A stretch of 64,000 nucleotides of DNA. Source: Truepera sp. (GTDB taxonomy: Bacteria > Deinococcota > Deinococci > Deinococcales > Trueperaceae). The notes beneath the pieces were generated by a model that was not told where the DNA came from, ran no database searches, and was given only the letters and a program-made list of their open reading frames with translations. Both the position numbers and the translations under genes were made by a program. The stretch is from positions 32,001 to 96,000 of the forward strand of contig CBDCKW010000009.1 of NCBI GenBank assembly GCA_965218435.1, written 5' to 3'. Positions 1 to 9,947 of the stretch are shown piece after piece (position 1 is the first letter of the stretch; every line of letters starts with the position of its first letter).

Positions 1-621
1 GCTCAAACACGCCCCCAGCTCGGGAACCGTGGACAAAACCCGCAGGCGCAAGAGATTTTGCAAACAGCTTGCACCGTTTCTGACCGTGACACCAACGAGC
101 CGCAGCGCGAGGGCCGCGTGTGGGACGAAGAATACGCCCAGAGACGCGCCTATCGGGAGGTGCTCCCGGCGTTTTTTGCGGCTGTACCGCTAGAGCGCGA
201 CGCCAAGCTCCTAATGCCGGTCGAGGGCGTGACGGTCAGTCAGGTCGCCGATACCTGGGGCGCAGCCCGCAGCGAAGGGCGCACGCACGAAGGCACCGAC
301 ATCTTTGCCGCTACCGGAACGCCTATCTATTCGGCGACGCCCGGCTACGTCTACCGTATCGGCACCAACCCGTACGGCGGCAACGTCATCACGGTGGTCG
401 GTGGCGCAGGGGTGCGTTACTACTACGCGCACCTCTCAGCCTTTGCCGAAACGCTCACAGAGGGGCAATACGTTATGACCGACACGGTGCTCGGTTACGT
501 CGGCAATACCGGTAACGCTAGGACGACCCCGCCGCACCTGCATTTCGGGGTCTACACCGGCCCTTTAGATACGTGCGACTGGGAAGCGGAAAATCCGTAC
601 TCGCTGCTGGTGGATAGATGA
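1..621 (+). CDS. M23 family metallopeptidase (5' end outside window)
   Basis: HEGTD (HxxxD), YYYAHL and PHLHF (HxH) motifs; frame is open back to base 1. Confidence 0.9.
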   Translation, partial: AQTRPQLGNRGQNPQAQEILQTACTVSDRDTNEPQREGRVWDEEYAQRRAYREVLPAFFAAVPLERDAKLLMPVEGVTVSQVADTWGAARSEGRTHEGTDIFAATGTPIYSATPGYVYRIGTNPYGGNVITVVGGAGVRYYYAHLSAFAETLTEGQYVMTDTVLGYVGNTGNARTTPPHLHFGVYTGPLDTCDWEAENPYSLLVDR

Positions 622-1433
622 TGCAGACGGGCCTCGAGTGGGCCAGGTTTTGGCTCCGGGGCGGGGTCGAGCATCTTCACGCACGTTATGTGACGCATTC
701 TTTTGCACCCCATACGCACGCGGGCTACGTCATCGCCGTCGTTGAAGGTGGTGTCCAAGCGTTTCGTTACCGTGGGGCCAGCCACCACGCGCTGCCCGAA
801 CACCTCATCTTTATTAATCCCGGCGAAGTCCATACCGGCTACGCTAAAACTGACGCGGGCTGGTGTTACCGGCCCCTTTATCCGGCTGTAGAGACGGTCG
901 CGGACGCAGTACAGGCCGTTTCCGGCACCAAGCGCGTCCCTTATTTTCCCCAAGCCGTCGTGTCTGATCCTGACCTGGCCGCGCGGGTACGGCGTTATCA
1001 TCAGCTTTCAGAATATGAAGGTGAGCTGGCGCGTGAAGCGGCGTTTTTAGAGCTTATCTCGTGCGCGGTGACGCGTCACGCCGACGTTTCTTTGCGTCCT
1101 CGCACCGTCGCTGAGGAATCCGGGGCAGTGCAACAGGTGCGGGCATATCTCGAGACCTACGCCAGCACCAACGTCACGCTCGCAGACCTCGCTGAGCTTA
1201 CCGGCCTCAGCCCTTACGCGGTGCTGCGGGCGTTTCGCCGCCAGACCGGACTGACGCCGCAAACGTATCAGTTACAGCGTCGGATAGAAAGGGCTAAAGA
1301 ACGGTTGCAGAGCGGAGTGGCGATTGCCGAGGTTGCCAGCGAAACAGGCTTTTTTGATCAAAGTCATCTGACCAGGCATTTCAAACGCATCGTCGGCGTC
1401 ACGCCGAAGCAGTTCGCTCGAGGCACTGCCTAG
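618..1433 (+). CDS. AraC family transcriptional regulator
   Basis: N-terminal cupin (FAPHTH, PGEVH) and C-terminal HTH GFFDQSHLTRHFKR; sits upstream of azlC/azlD. Confidence 0.93.
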   Translation: MMQTGLEWARFWLRGGVEHLHARYVTHSFAPHTHAGYVIAVVEGGVQAFRYRGASHHALPEHLIFINPGEVHTGYAKTDAGWCYRPLYPAVETVADAVQAVSGTKRVPYFPQAVVSDPDLAARVRRYHQLSEYEGELAREAAFLELISCAVTRHADVSLRPRTVAEESGAVQQVRAYLETYASTNVTLADLAELTGLSPYAVLRAFRRQTGLTPQTYQLQRRIERAKERLQSGVAIAEVASETGFFDQSHLTRHFKRIVGVTPKQFARGTA

Positions 1434-1501
1434 AGCACTGCAGCCAAGGTCGGCGCAATTTCATCCTAGAAACTTTCTTCCGCGCGTCGTAGCCTAAACT
1501 T

Positions 1502-2164
1502 ATGACAAACTTTTGGCGCGGCTTCGGTGCGCTGATGCCGCTTTGGTTGGGCCTGATTCCGTTTGGCGCAGCCTACGCGGTATCAGCAAGGGCGGCAGGA
1601 CTAACCCTGTTTGAAACGCAGCTGATGAGCCTGATTGTGTTGTCGGGTGGGGCGCAGTTTAGCGCGGCGGGGTTGTTTGCCGTAAACGCCTCGCCCTTGA
1701 CGATTGTCGCTACGACGTTCTTAATTAACGCGCGGCATCTACTTTACGGGGTCTCGCTCGGTCAGCTGCTTCCATTTGGCCTGCGCGAACGTTTTTTGGC
1801 GGCGCACCTCCTGACTGACGAAGCTTACGGGGTGACGCTCTCGAACCCACTTCGCTCAGTCAGCTTTTTTATGGGGGCGGGCTCGAGCCTCTACCTCATC
1901 TGGAACCTGAGCACGCTGGCTGGGGCGCTGCTGAGTGATCTCGTTCCTGACCCGGCGGCGCTCGGGCTTGACTTTATCTTTCCCCTAGCATTTTTGGCGC
2001 TCTTAATTCCACTCCTTAAGGGCTGGCCGACGCTTACCGTGGCAGTTTTCTCCGGTCTTTTGGCACTCGCCGCGTCACAGGTTGTCAATACCGGTTTGGC
2101 GGTTTTGCTGGTAGGCATTTTGGGACCGCTTTTGGGCGCTTCCTTAACCCGGACTAGAGCGTGA
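1502..2164 (+). CDS. azlC: AzlC family branched-chain amino acid exporter
   Basis: SGGAQF, INARHLLY and LTDEAY motifs; hydrophobic. Confidence 0.9.
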   Translation: MTNFWRGFGALMPLWLGLIPFGAAYAVSARAAGLTLFETQLMSLIVLSGGAQFSAAGLFAVNASPLTIVATTFLINARHLLYGVSLGQLLPFGLRERFLAAHLLTDEAYGVTLSNPLRSVSFFMGAGSSLYLIWNLSTLAGALLSDLVPDPAALGLDFIFPLAFLALLIPLLKGWPTLTVAVFSGLLALAASQVVNTGLAVLLVGILGPLLGASLTRTRA

Positions 2165-2448
2165 CGCTGCTAACGATTTTACTAATGGCCGCTGTAACTT
2201 ACGGGCCGCGGCTGGTCGGCTTGTCGCTCGCCAAGGCCACTCTGCCCACTTTTTGGACAAGGTTTTTGCAGTTTGTCCCGGTTGCGGTCTTTGCCGCGCT
2301 CGTCGTTCCGGCCTTGCCGAAAGCCGGAGAAACTCCCGTCCGGCTTATTGCGGCGGGCGTTGCGGCACTGGTGCTCTGGCGTGTGCGGTCGTTATGGCTT
2401 GGGCTTTTGGTTGGGATGGCGGTCTTTTGGGGGTTACGGGCGTTTTAG
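2161..2448 (+). CDS. azlD: AzlD family small membrane subunit
   Basis: MAAVTYGPR...FVPVAVFAALV; overlaps the azlC stop. Confidence 0.85.
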   Translation: MTLLTILLMAAVTYGPRLVGLSLAKATLPTFWTRFLQFVPVAVFAALVVPALPKAGETPVRLIAAGVAALVLWRVRSLWLGLLVGMAVFWGLRAF

Positions 2449-2458
2449 CTCGAGCACC

Positions 2459-3277
2459 TTAACCAACGCTTACAGCTTTTAAGGCCACAAAGAGCGGAAT
2501 ATCCAACGTCTCTTTTTTCGTCGTTTTCTCTACGTTCGGGTCAGGGAGTTCGTCTAAACGCTCGAGTAAAAATCCCAACTCACTCAGCGTATTGATGTAC
2601 TCACTCAGGGGCCGGTGAAAGCTCATCGTCGTGCCCGACGCCCGCGCCGACACCTCGGCGTAAGCTTTCATCGGGACGCCCCGTGGGGTCAGATACGAGT
2701 CTACGCGCCGGTACGTCAGCTTCCGCCCCGGGTCGAAGCCCCAGCCACTCTGCCGCGGGACTCGGAACGCCGGGTGCAGCATAAAGATCACGATACGCGC
2801 CGCTGGTTTAAGCGCCCACGCTGCCGCTGCCAGCACCTCACTTAGCGGGTCCATATCCTGAATGCTGAGCATAAACACGGCAACGTCAGCACTGCCCGCT
2901 TGTATTTCGGGTAGTGAACTGAGCTTACGCACGTCTCCCACGATAAATTCTGGGGCAAACTGCGCTTTACCTTTAGCGTTCTCCCCGTGATGTTTGCGGG
3001 CAAGCTGGACAAGCGTCCGGCTGCCGTCTAAGCCTTGATACCGCGCACCTCTCTTAAGCACATGCGGCGCTAAGACACCCTGACCGCACCCCAAATCGAG
3101 GAGCAGTTCGCCGGGTTTAGGGTCGGCGAGTTCCATCACTTCGGGGATAGCGACAGCCCGGTGGTACAAGCTGCCCTTTTTACCGACCCAGCCGTTGTAC
3201 CACTTGGCCACCGGGTCCCAGTGCGTCTGACGCTGAAGTTTGGGTTTAAGCGTTTTCTTGCTTGGTTTGGTCGTCAA
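2459..3277 (-). CDS. class I SAM-dependent methyltransferase
   Basis: LDLGCGQG motif I; FHRPLSEY C-terminal motif. Confidence 0.88.
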   Translation of the reverse strand: MTTKPSKKTLKPKLQRQTHWDPVAKWYNGWVGKKGSLYHRAVAIPEVMELADPKPGELLLDLGCGQGVLAPHVLKRGARYQGLDGSRTLVQLARKHHGENAKGKAQFAPEFIVGDVRKLSSLPEIQAGSADVAVFMLSIQDMDPLSEVLAAAAWALKPAARIVIFMLHPAFRVPRQSGWGFDPGRKLTYRRVDSYLTPRGVPMKAYAEVSARASGTTMSFHRPLSEYINTLSELGFLLERLDELPDPNVEKTTKKETLDIPLFVALKAVSVG

Positions 3278-3367
3278 AAAAACCTCGTGAGTCAGCCATA
3301 AAGTGGAAGCCAGCGTATCACGAGGGACAATTTACGGTGGTAGTGAGGAGCCGTATATGCTAAGCAG

Positions 3368-3889
3368 ATGGCTGAGCGGAGTGAAGTCTTGTTTATCGGC
3401 GGACGTTCGGGCGTGGGGAAGACTAGGGTGGCGCTCGAGCTCCACCACCAACTCTCCGCGCAACGGGTCAAGCACTGCGTTATTGAAGGCGACAATCTCG
3501 ACCAAGCGTACCCGCCGCCGTGGGAGCATGGGCACAAGCTAGCAGAGCAAAACTTGGCGGCGATGTGGACAAACTACCGCGCACTGGGGTATCGCCGCGT
3601 CATCTACACGAATACCGTGAGCGTCCTCGAGACCGCAGGTTTAAGTGCTGCAATGGGGGACGCCCCTATTGTCAAAGCTGTGTTGCTGCAAGCGTCCGAC
3701 AGCACGGTAAAGAGAAGACTCGAGCTGCGCGAATCGGCTGCCACCCTGCAATCTCATTTGAAAAGGAGCCGGTTGCGGGCGGCTGAACTGGGGCAATACG
3801 CTCCACCTTGGGTGTGGCGAATTGATACCGATGGTAAAGACAGCCCCGCGGTTGCAGAGGAGATTTTGGGGCTGCTCGGCTGGACGTAG
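3368..3889 (+). CDS. small P-loop nucleotide kinase-like protein
   Basis: Walker A GGRSGVGKT and IEGD; TATGCT 6 nt before ATG. Confidence 0.75.
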   Translation: MAERSEVLFIGGRSGVGKTRVALELHHQLSAQRVKHCVIEGDNLDQAYPPPWEHGHKLAEQNLAAMWTNYRALGYRRVIYTNTVSVLETAGLSAAMGDAPIVKAVLLQASDSTVKRRLELRESAATLQSHLKRSRLRAAELGQYAPPWVWRIDTDGKDSPAVAEEILGLLGWT

Positions 3890-3910
3890 CTTATATTTCT
3901 AAGAAAGGGC

Positions 3911-3939
3911 TTGACATTTTCACCTTACTCAGCTAGGCT
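3911..3939 (+). promoter_or_regulatory. sigma70-type promoter for the leader/ABC operon
   Basis: TTGACA (3911-3916), 17-nt spacer, TAGGCT (3934-3939). Confidence 0.75.
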
Positions 3940-3983
3940 CATGAAGCCTACTAGAGGCGACCTCAGAAAGGGAGCGGTGCAAC

Positions 3984-4097
3984 ATGAAACAATTTTTCGC
4001 TGACAAGACCAGCATCATCCTCACCGCTTTTACCCGTGTGCTCGGCGACATTGGTGACAATGTACCGCTTGCACAGGAGAGGTCTGCCCAGACGTAG
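3984..4097 (+). CDS. putative 37-aa leader peptide MKQFFADKTSIILTAFTRVLGDIGDNVPLAQERSAQT
   Basis: purine-rich SD (GAAAGGGAG) upstream of ATG; lies between promoter and terminator; absent from the ORF track. Confidence 0.65.
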   Translation: MKQFFADKTSIILTAFTRVLGDIGDNVPLAQERSAQT

Positions 4098-4115
4098 CCG
4101 TTTAGTAAATACTCG

Positions 4116-4154
4116 AGGCCGTGGGAGACCCAACCGTCCCCACGGCCTTTTTTT
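4116..4154 (+). terminator. intrinsic terminator within the operon leader (attenuator)
   Basis: stem AGGCCGTGGG/CCCACGGCCT with inner GAC/GTC, followed by T7. Confidence 0.85.
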
Positions 4155-4222
4155 GCTCTCTCACCTCGGAGCGTGCCTAGGGGACAACTTGCGGAAAGAG
4201 GATGACCCTTTAGGAACGCACC

Positions 4223-4375
4223 ATGCCGAGCACACTACAAACCATAGACCAAGCTACCCTCACGTTGCTTACCCACTATTTTTCTAGCCTCGAGTCCTCG
4301 GCCGCGTCTTCCGTAAAAAGGCTGAAGCGCGATCTCAGCACCTTCCTTACACTGCATCTGTCTGGAGATTTATGA
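4223..4375 (+). CDS. putative 50-aa small ORF coupled to the ABC gene
   Basis: AGGA SD, ATG at 4223; TGA overlaps the ABC start as ATGA. Confidence 0.35.
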   Translation: MPSTLQTIDQATLTLLTHYFSSLESSAASSVKRLKRDLSTFLTLHLSGDL

Positions 4376-6156
4376 TTCCGCTGGCCCGCTACGCCAAACT
4401 TTTAGGCCACTATCTGCGCCCGCAGTGGCGCACTGCCGCGCTGATGGCAACGCTGTTACTCGTCAGCATCGGCTTACAGCTCTTAGTACCGCAGATTTTA
4501 CGGTTTTTTATTGATACGGCTAGGGCTGGCGGGAGCTTGGAGTCATTAACTCGAGCCGCCCTCCTCTTTTTGGGTGTTGCGGTCGTGACGCAGCTTCTCA
4601 GTGCTGCCGCCACTTACTACGCTGCCGACGTCGGGTGGACGGCCACCAACGCCATGCGTGAAGACCTAGCACGGCACTGCCTGGAGCTCGATATGAGCTT
4701 TCACACGGCCCGCACCCCCGGCGAACTGATCGAACGCATTGACGGTGACGTCACGGCGTTATCGAACTTCTTTTCACAGTTTTCGGTACGCGTTTTTGGC
4801 GGGGCACTGATGCTCATCGGAATTTTGGTGATTTTGTGGCTCGAGAGTCCCCCGGTTGGTATCGCCCTGACGGGGTTTACCCTCACGGTTTTCGTCGCCC
4901 TCTTTCTAACCCGGAACGTTGCTGTCGCTGCTACCAAAGACGAACGCGAGTCGAGCGCCCAACTTTTCGGCTTTGTCGAAGAGCGTTTGGCCGGTCTTGA
5001 CGACCTCCGCGCGAACGGCGGTGGCGCTTACGCCATGCAGAGTTTTACCCATGTCGCCCGTAACTTTTTCTCTCGGGGCCGCCGCGCCTGGATGAAGCGG
5101 TCGTCGGTGTGGATGCTCTCTTACGGGATGTTTACGGTGGGCGACCTGATTACTTTAGGCGCAGCGATCTACCTCTTTCAGCAGGGCAGCATCACGCTGG
5201 GAACGGCGTACTTGTTTTTTCAGTACATGCTGATGTTAGAAGAACCCATCGAGCAGATTACGCAGCAGATGCAAGAGTTGCAAAAAGCTGGAGCAGGCAT
5301 TGGGCGGATTGACGAACTCTTTGCGCTTCAAAGTGAGTTGCCGAGGGGAAAAGACACGGCGTTACCGAGTGGTGCGTTGCCCCTTAGTTTTGAACATTTG
5401 GGCTTTGCCTACGGCGATAAACGCATCTTGGACGACGTGAGCTTTCGCTTGGAAGCTGGCAAGGTTTTAGGTCTGCTGGGCCGCACGGGAAGTGGGAAGA
5501 CGACCCTGACTCGGTTAATCTTCAGGCTTTATGACCCGACTTCAGGCAGCGTCAAGCTCGGCGGGGTAGACACGCGAGACGCTCTCCCCGAATCGTTACG
5601 TGAACGCGTCGGCATGGTTACCCAAGAGGTGCAGCTCTTTCACGCGTCGGTACGCGACAACCTGACTTTCTTTAGCAGTGATATTTCAGACGAGCGCATC
5701 ACCGCGGTTTTACGGGACCTCGGGTTGGGAACTTGGTTGGGTGGGCTCGAGCACGGCTTAGACACGATGCTGGCCGCAAGTGGCGGCGGGCTTTCGGCGG
5801 GACAGGCGCAGCTACTCGCGTTCGCCCGCGTGTTTCTCAAAGACCCCGGTTTGGTCATCCTGGATGAACCCTCGTCTCGCCTCGACCCGGCAACCGAAAA
5901 GCTTTTAGAACGCGCGGTAGACAAACTTTTACGGAGCCGCACGGCAATCATCATCGCGCACCGTTTAGAAACCGTCCGGCGTGCCGACGATATCCTCATC
6001 TTGCAAGACGGACACATTTTGGAACACGGCGCACGTCAGGCGTTGGTGCGCTCAGATTCGCACTTTGCGCGGCTCTTAAAAGCCGGGGGGCAGTCCGACT
6101 TGGACGACCCGGAATTGGAAGAGGCGCTCGAGGATACCCTTAAGGAACCCGCATGA
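4372..6156 (+). CDS. ABC exporter half-transporter (TMD+NBD), subunit 1
   Basis: N-terminal TMD; GRTGSGKT, LSAGQ, ILDE, AHR. Confidence 0.95.
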   Translation: MIPLARYAKLLGHYLRPQWRTAALMATLLLVSIGLQLLVPQILRFFIDTARAGGSLESLTRAALLFLGVAVVTQLLSAAATYYAADVGWTATNAMREDLARHCLELDMSFHTARTPGELIERIDGDVTALSNFFSQFSVRVFGGALMLIGILVILWLESPPVGIALTGFTLTVFVALFLTRNVAVAATKDERESSAQLFGFVEERLAGLDDLRANGGGAYAMQSFTHVARNFFSRGRRAWMKRSSVWMLSYGMFTVGDLITLGAAIYLFQQGSITLGTAYLFFQYMLMLEEPIEQITQQMQELQKAGAGIGRIDELFALQSELPRGKDTALPSGALPLSFEHLGFAYGDKRILDDVSFRLEAGKVLGLLGRTGSGKTTLTRLIFRLYDPTSGSVKLGGVDTRDALPESLRERVGMVTQEVQLFHASVRDNLTFFSSDISDERITAVLRDLGLGTWLGGLEHGLDTMLAASGGGLSAGQAQLLAFARVFLKDPGLVILDEPSSRLDPATEKLLERAVDKLLRSRTAIIIAHRLETVRRADDILILQDGHILEHGARQALVRSDSHFARLLKAGGQSDLDDPELEEALEDTLKEPA

Positions 6157-6755
6157 GCAAGTTGCATCTTAAAACAGAACGTCTGGTCATCCGCGAGTTT
6201 GTAGAGGAAGACTGGCAGGACATCGCGGAAAAACGTACTCAGGCAGAGGTCGCACGTTACGAGCCTTGGGATACGACCAGCTGGGCCGAGCGGGAAAGGG
6301 TCGTTGGGCGCATCCGGGAGCAGCGTGCGCTCACCTTCGATATGTTCGGCAAGTACACAGAGTTCGCCGCCGTGCTAGGGGACAAGGCCATCGGCAGCGT
6401 CGGCGTCAAGCGCCTGAGCGACGTCCATCAGGACGCTGAGGTGGGCTGGGTCTTTGGCGCTCTTTATTGGGGTCAAGGCTACGCCACCGAAGCTGCACGC
6501 GCCCTGATGGACTGGAGCTTTCGGACACTCGAGCTGCACCGCATCACCGCCGTATGCGACGCCCGCAACGTCCCCTCGTACCGGCTTATGGAACGCCTCG
6601 GGATGCGGCGAGAAGCTCACCACGTCAAGAGCTACTTCTCGAAAGGGGAGTGGACAGATGACCTCGTGTACGCCGTCCTCAAAGACGAATGGCTGCACCG
6701 TCCGCCGCCCCGCTACACCGTTCTCGCGCCGGTACACCATGAGGAACCCGTATGA
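6153..6755 (+). CDS. GNAT acetyltransferase, RimJ/RimL-like
   Basis: [26 protein letters not shown]. Confidence 0.9.
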   Translation: MSKLHLKTERLVIREFVEEDWQDIAEKRTQAEVARYEPWDTTSWAERERVVGRIREQRALTFDMFGKYTEFAAVLGDKAIGSVGVKRLSDVHQDAEVGWVFGALYWGQGYATEAARALMDWSFRTLELHRITAVCDARNVPSYRLMERLGMRREAHHVKSYFSKGEWTDDLVYAVLKDEWLHRPPPRYTVLAPVHHEEPV

Positions 6756-8548
6756 CCACCCAAACAGCAACCACTTCACCTACCTGGACGACGCTGCGTT
6801 ACATGCGCCGCCTCGTCTCGTATCGCCCCGGCTTGTTCGCCGTCAATCTCATCTTGTGGGGCGTCGTTCACCTTTTACCGGTGCTGTTTCCGGTGCTGAT
6901 TGCACAACTGCTCGACGGTTTAGAGGGCAAAGCCGCGTTTGGCTGGAGCCCCTGGACGTTTCTGATCTTGCTGACGGCGCTCAACGTCGGGCGTATCGGC
7001 GTGTTTATTCCGGCGATCTACGTGTGGGCGACGCTCTGGTACGAGTCGGGGCTCTTGCTGCGGCGTAACCTGATCAACTATTTGACTCGCGCACCCGGCT
7101 CACGCGTCTTGCCCGATTCGCCCTCAGAGGCGGTCAGCCGCTTTCGTGATGATGTAGACGAGGTGTCGCTGCTCGTTGAGACCTGGGTGGACTCGAGCGG
7201 TCTCATCTTGTCGGCGCTCGTGTCGTTTGTGATCATGTACCGCGTCAGTCCGGTAGTCACGCTGGCAGTTGCCGCGCCGCTACTACTAATGCTCGTTTTG
7301 ACGCGGGGGTTTACCGAACGCATCCGCCGCTACCGCCGCCGCAGCCGCGAGGCGACGGGGCGCGTGACGAGTTTTATCGGTGAGACGTTTGCGGCGGTGC
7401 AGGCCGTAAAAGTGGCAGGCCGTGAAGCGCCCATCACTGAGCACTTTCGCAGCCTGAACCGGACGCGGCGGCAAGCAGCCCTTAAAGACACGCTCTTGAC
7501 CGAGTTTTTACGGGGAGCGAACGCGAATATGACGAATATCGGGACCGGCATCGTGTTGCTCTTATCGGCACGGGCGATGCTTGGGGGTGGCTTTTCCATC
7601 GGCGACTTCGCCTTGTTCGCCTTTTATCTGCCGCGCCTCACGAGCATTATGGCGTTTGCCGGAGACATGATGGCGCAGCATAAACGCGCCGGGGTGTCGT
7701 TCGAGCGGATGACGCGGCTGTTGCAAGACGCACCGCCGGAAACGCTCGTCGAGCACGCACCGCTGCACCTCCGAGGCGATGTGCCCGAAGTCGTTGCGCC
7801 GCCGCCCGTGGCGGGGGAGAGGTTGGAGAAGCTCGAGCTTCGTAACTTAAGCTTTCACTATCCTGGTACCCGAAACGGCGTGACGGACATTAGTTTTAGC
7901 CTAAACCGTGATTCATTTACGGTTGTCACCGGGCGTATCGGGAGCGGGAAGACGACCCTACTCCGCACCCTGATGGGCCTCGTGCCCAAAGATTCCGGTG
8001 AGATTTTGTGGAACAGCGAACCTGTTAAAGACCCGGCCTCGTGGTTTGTCCCGCCGAGGAGCGCCTACACTGCACAGGTACCGCGCCTCTTCTCGGATTC
8101 GCTCCGGCAAAATATCCTGATGGGGCGTGTGGGTGAAGACGCTGCACTGGACGACGTAGTGGACTTGGCCGTGATGACCCACGATGTGCGGGGGCTCGAG
8201 CTGGGTCTCGACACCCTCGTCGGCACACGCGGCGTCAAACTTTCGGGCGGACAGGTACAGCGTTCCTCAGCTGCCCGGATGTTTTTACGCGGGGCCGACC
8301 TCTTGATCTTCGATGACCTCTCCTCAGCCCTCGATGTGGAAACCGAAGCGCGGCTCTGGCAACAGCTTTTTGCCAAACAGCAGGTGACGTGCCTCGTCGT
8401 CTCTCACCGTCGCGCCGCCTTAAGACGCGCCGACCACATCATCGTTTTGCAAGATGGGCGCGTTGAAGCTGAAGGGACGTTGGATGAGCTGTTGGAGACA
8501 TCAAAGGAGATGCAGCGGCTCTGGGCGGAGGAGGTCACAGCTTCATGA
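6752..8548 (+). CDS. ABC exporter half-transporter (TMD+NBD), subunit 2 with degenerate Walker B
   Basis: [18 protein letters not shown] (E to D), SHR. Confidence 0.95.
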   Translation: MTTQTATTSPTWTTLRYMRRLVSYRPGLFAVNLILWGVVHLLPVLFPVLIAQLLDGLEGKAAFGWSPWTFLILLTALNVGRIGVFIPAIYVWATLWYESGLLLRRNLINYLTRAPGSRVLPDSPSEAVSRFRDDVDEVSLLVETWVDSSGLILSALVSFVIMYRVSPVVTLAVAAPLLLMLVLTRGFTERIRRYRRRSREATGRVTSFIGETFAAVQAVKVAGREAPITEHFRSLNRTRRQAALKDTLLTEFLRGANANMTNIGTGIVLLLSARAMLGGGFSIGDFALFAFYLPRLTSIMAFAGDMMAQHKRAGVSFERMTRLLQDAPPETLVEHAPLHLRGDVPEVVAPPPVAGERLEKLELRNLSFHYPGTRNGVTDISFSLNRDSFTVVTGRIGSGKTTLLRTLMGLVPKDSGEILWNSEPVKDPASWFVPPRSAYTAQVPRLFSDSLRQNILMGRVGEDAALDDVVDLAVMTHDVRGLELGLDTLVGTRGVKLSGGQVQRSSAARMFLRGADLLIFDDLSSALDVETEARLWQQLFAKQQVTCLVVSHRRAALRRADHIIVLQDGRVEAEGTLDELLETSKEMQRLWAEEVTAS

Positions 8549-9114
8549 ATCTGAGAAATACTGCTTCAGTGACGATTCGGCCTGCAACATTAGAGGACGC
8601 TGCTGGTCTCGGCATAGTACAGCTCGACAGCTGGCACACGACTGACGGTGCGCACATCAAACCTCAAAGTTGGTGGGCGCAGTTCTCCTACCCGCAACGC
8701 GCGGAAGCGTGGCGCACGTTACTCACATCAGACCGCCCCGTGCTTGTCCTAACTGCTGAAATTGAGGGTGACGTAATCGGGTTTGCCTGGTGTGAGCGCA
8801 ACAGTGGCGAGTTCACAACGTTCGAGGCAGAACTGAGCGCCATTCATCTGCTGCCCTCAGTACGCGGACAGGGAGTAGGACGGAAACTGATGCGCGAAAC
8901 TGCGCGGAACCTTGATAATCTAGGATTTCATTCGCTCCTTCTTTGGACGGGCTTGCTCAACAAGCGAGCGCAAGCGTTTTATCAAAAGCTTAACGGCACG
9001 CTTTTAGGTGAGAAGTCTACCAACCTCGGTGATTTCTCTTTCGCTGAGGTGGCCTATGGCTGGTCAGACCTCGAGTTGCTTGTAACAGCGTCTTCAAAGA
9101 TAAGCTCGTCTTGA
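8545..9114 (+). CDS. GNAT family N-acetyltransferase
   Basis: [26 protein letters not shown]. Confidence 0.88.
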   Translation: MNLRNTASVTIRPATLEDAAGLGIVQLDSWHTTDGAHIKPQSWWAQFSYPQRAEAWRTLLTSDRPVLVLTAEIEGDVIGFAWCERNSGEFTTFEAELSAIHLLPSVRGQGVGRKLMRETARNLDNLGFHSLLLWTGLLNKRAQAFYQKLNGTLLGEKSTNLGDFSFAEVAYGWSDLELLVTASSKISSS

Positions 9115-9175
9115 ATAAAGCAACGAGCAGTGAGTGGGTAAACCTAGGTACGTCAAGCTGAAGAAAGGATGATCC

Positions 9176-9892
9176 GTGGACAAAACTATTTCTACCACAA
9201 CACGACCGCGCTGGCTTTTTGACGAATTTCAAGATTTTGGCTGGTCGGACATAAAAGAGATTGAGGCATATGACGAGAAATCAGGGGTCAACCCCGAACT
9301 CGAGCGTAAACGCCTGCTAGAGCTGGGAGTTGCAGAAGGCCATACACTTATTGACTTTGGCTGCGGTACGGGCGCGTTGGCTCTGGAAGCTGCGAAACTC
9401 TGCAAAAAAGTTATCGCCGTGGATGTGTCAGCAGCGATGCTCGCCTACACGAAACGTAAAGCCGAACCGCTCGGTCTAGCTAACATTGACTATGTACAGC
9501 AGGGATTTTTGACCTATCAGCATCGGGGTAAGCCTGTAGATTTTGTGTTCACGCAGCGAACCCTACATCATCTTCCCGATTTCTGGAAAGTGCAGGCGCT
9601 TCAGCATATGGCAGACGTGCTTAAACCTGGCGGCACGATGTTCGTCAGAGATATTTTGTTCTCGTTCGAGCCGCATGAAACTGATGACGCGGTAGAAGCT
9701 TGGGTCAGCAGCCGTCCCGCCAACAGTTTCCCGCGTGAGTTTTTTGAATACGACATCCGCGAGGAGTACATCACTTTTACCTGGCTGTTTGAGGCAATGT
9801 TAGAACGCGTCGGCTTTGACATCAAGGGAGTGTCGTACGGTGACTATCAGGCTTATGCTAAATACGTTTGTGTGGAAAGAAGCGATGGGTAA
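9176..9892 (+). CDS. class I SAM-dependent methyltransferase
   Basis: IDFGCGTG, VDVS, LHHLPDFWK, LKPGG. Confidence 0.9.
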   Translation: MDKTISTTTRPRWLFDEFQDFGWSDIKEIEAYDEKSGVNPELERKRLLELGVAEGHTLIDFGCGTGALALEAAKLCKKVIAVDVSAAMLAYTKRKAEPLGLANIDYVQQGFLTYQHRGKPVDFVFTQRTLHHLPDFWKVQALQHMADVLKPGGTMFVRDILFSFEPHETDDAVEAWVSSRPANSFPREFFEYDIREEYITFTWLFEAMLERVGFDIKGVSYGDYQAYAKYVCVERSDG

Positions 9893-9898
9893 AAAAGT

Positions 9899-9932
9899 AA
9901 CGAGCAGTGAGGTTTAGTCCCTACTGCTCGTT
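9899..9932. terminator. hairpin between convergent genes
   Basis: AACGAGCAGT/ACTGCTCGTT inverted repeat, with an A-tract on the left. Confidence 0.65.
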
Positions 9933-9947
9933 GTCATAAGTGCCTCT

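Noticed and set aside
4036..4287. 83-aa ORF-track ORF in the ABC leader
   Set aside because: No SD, runs through the terminator, and overlaps the better-supported leader ORF
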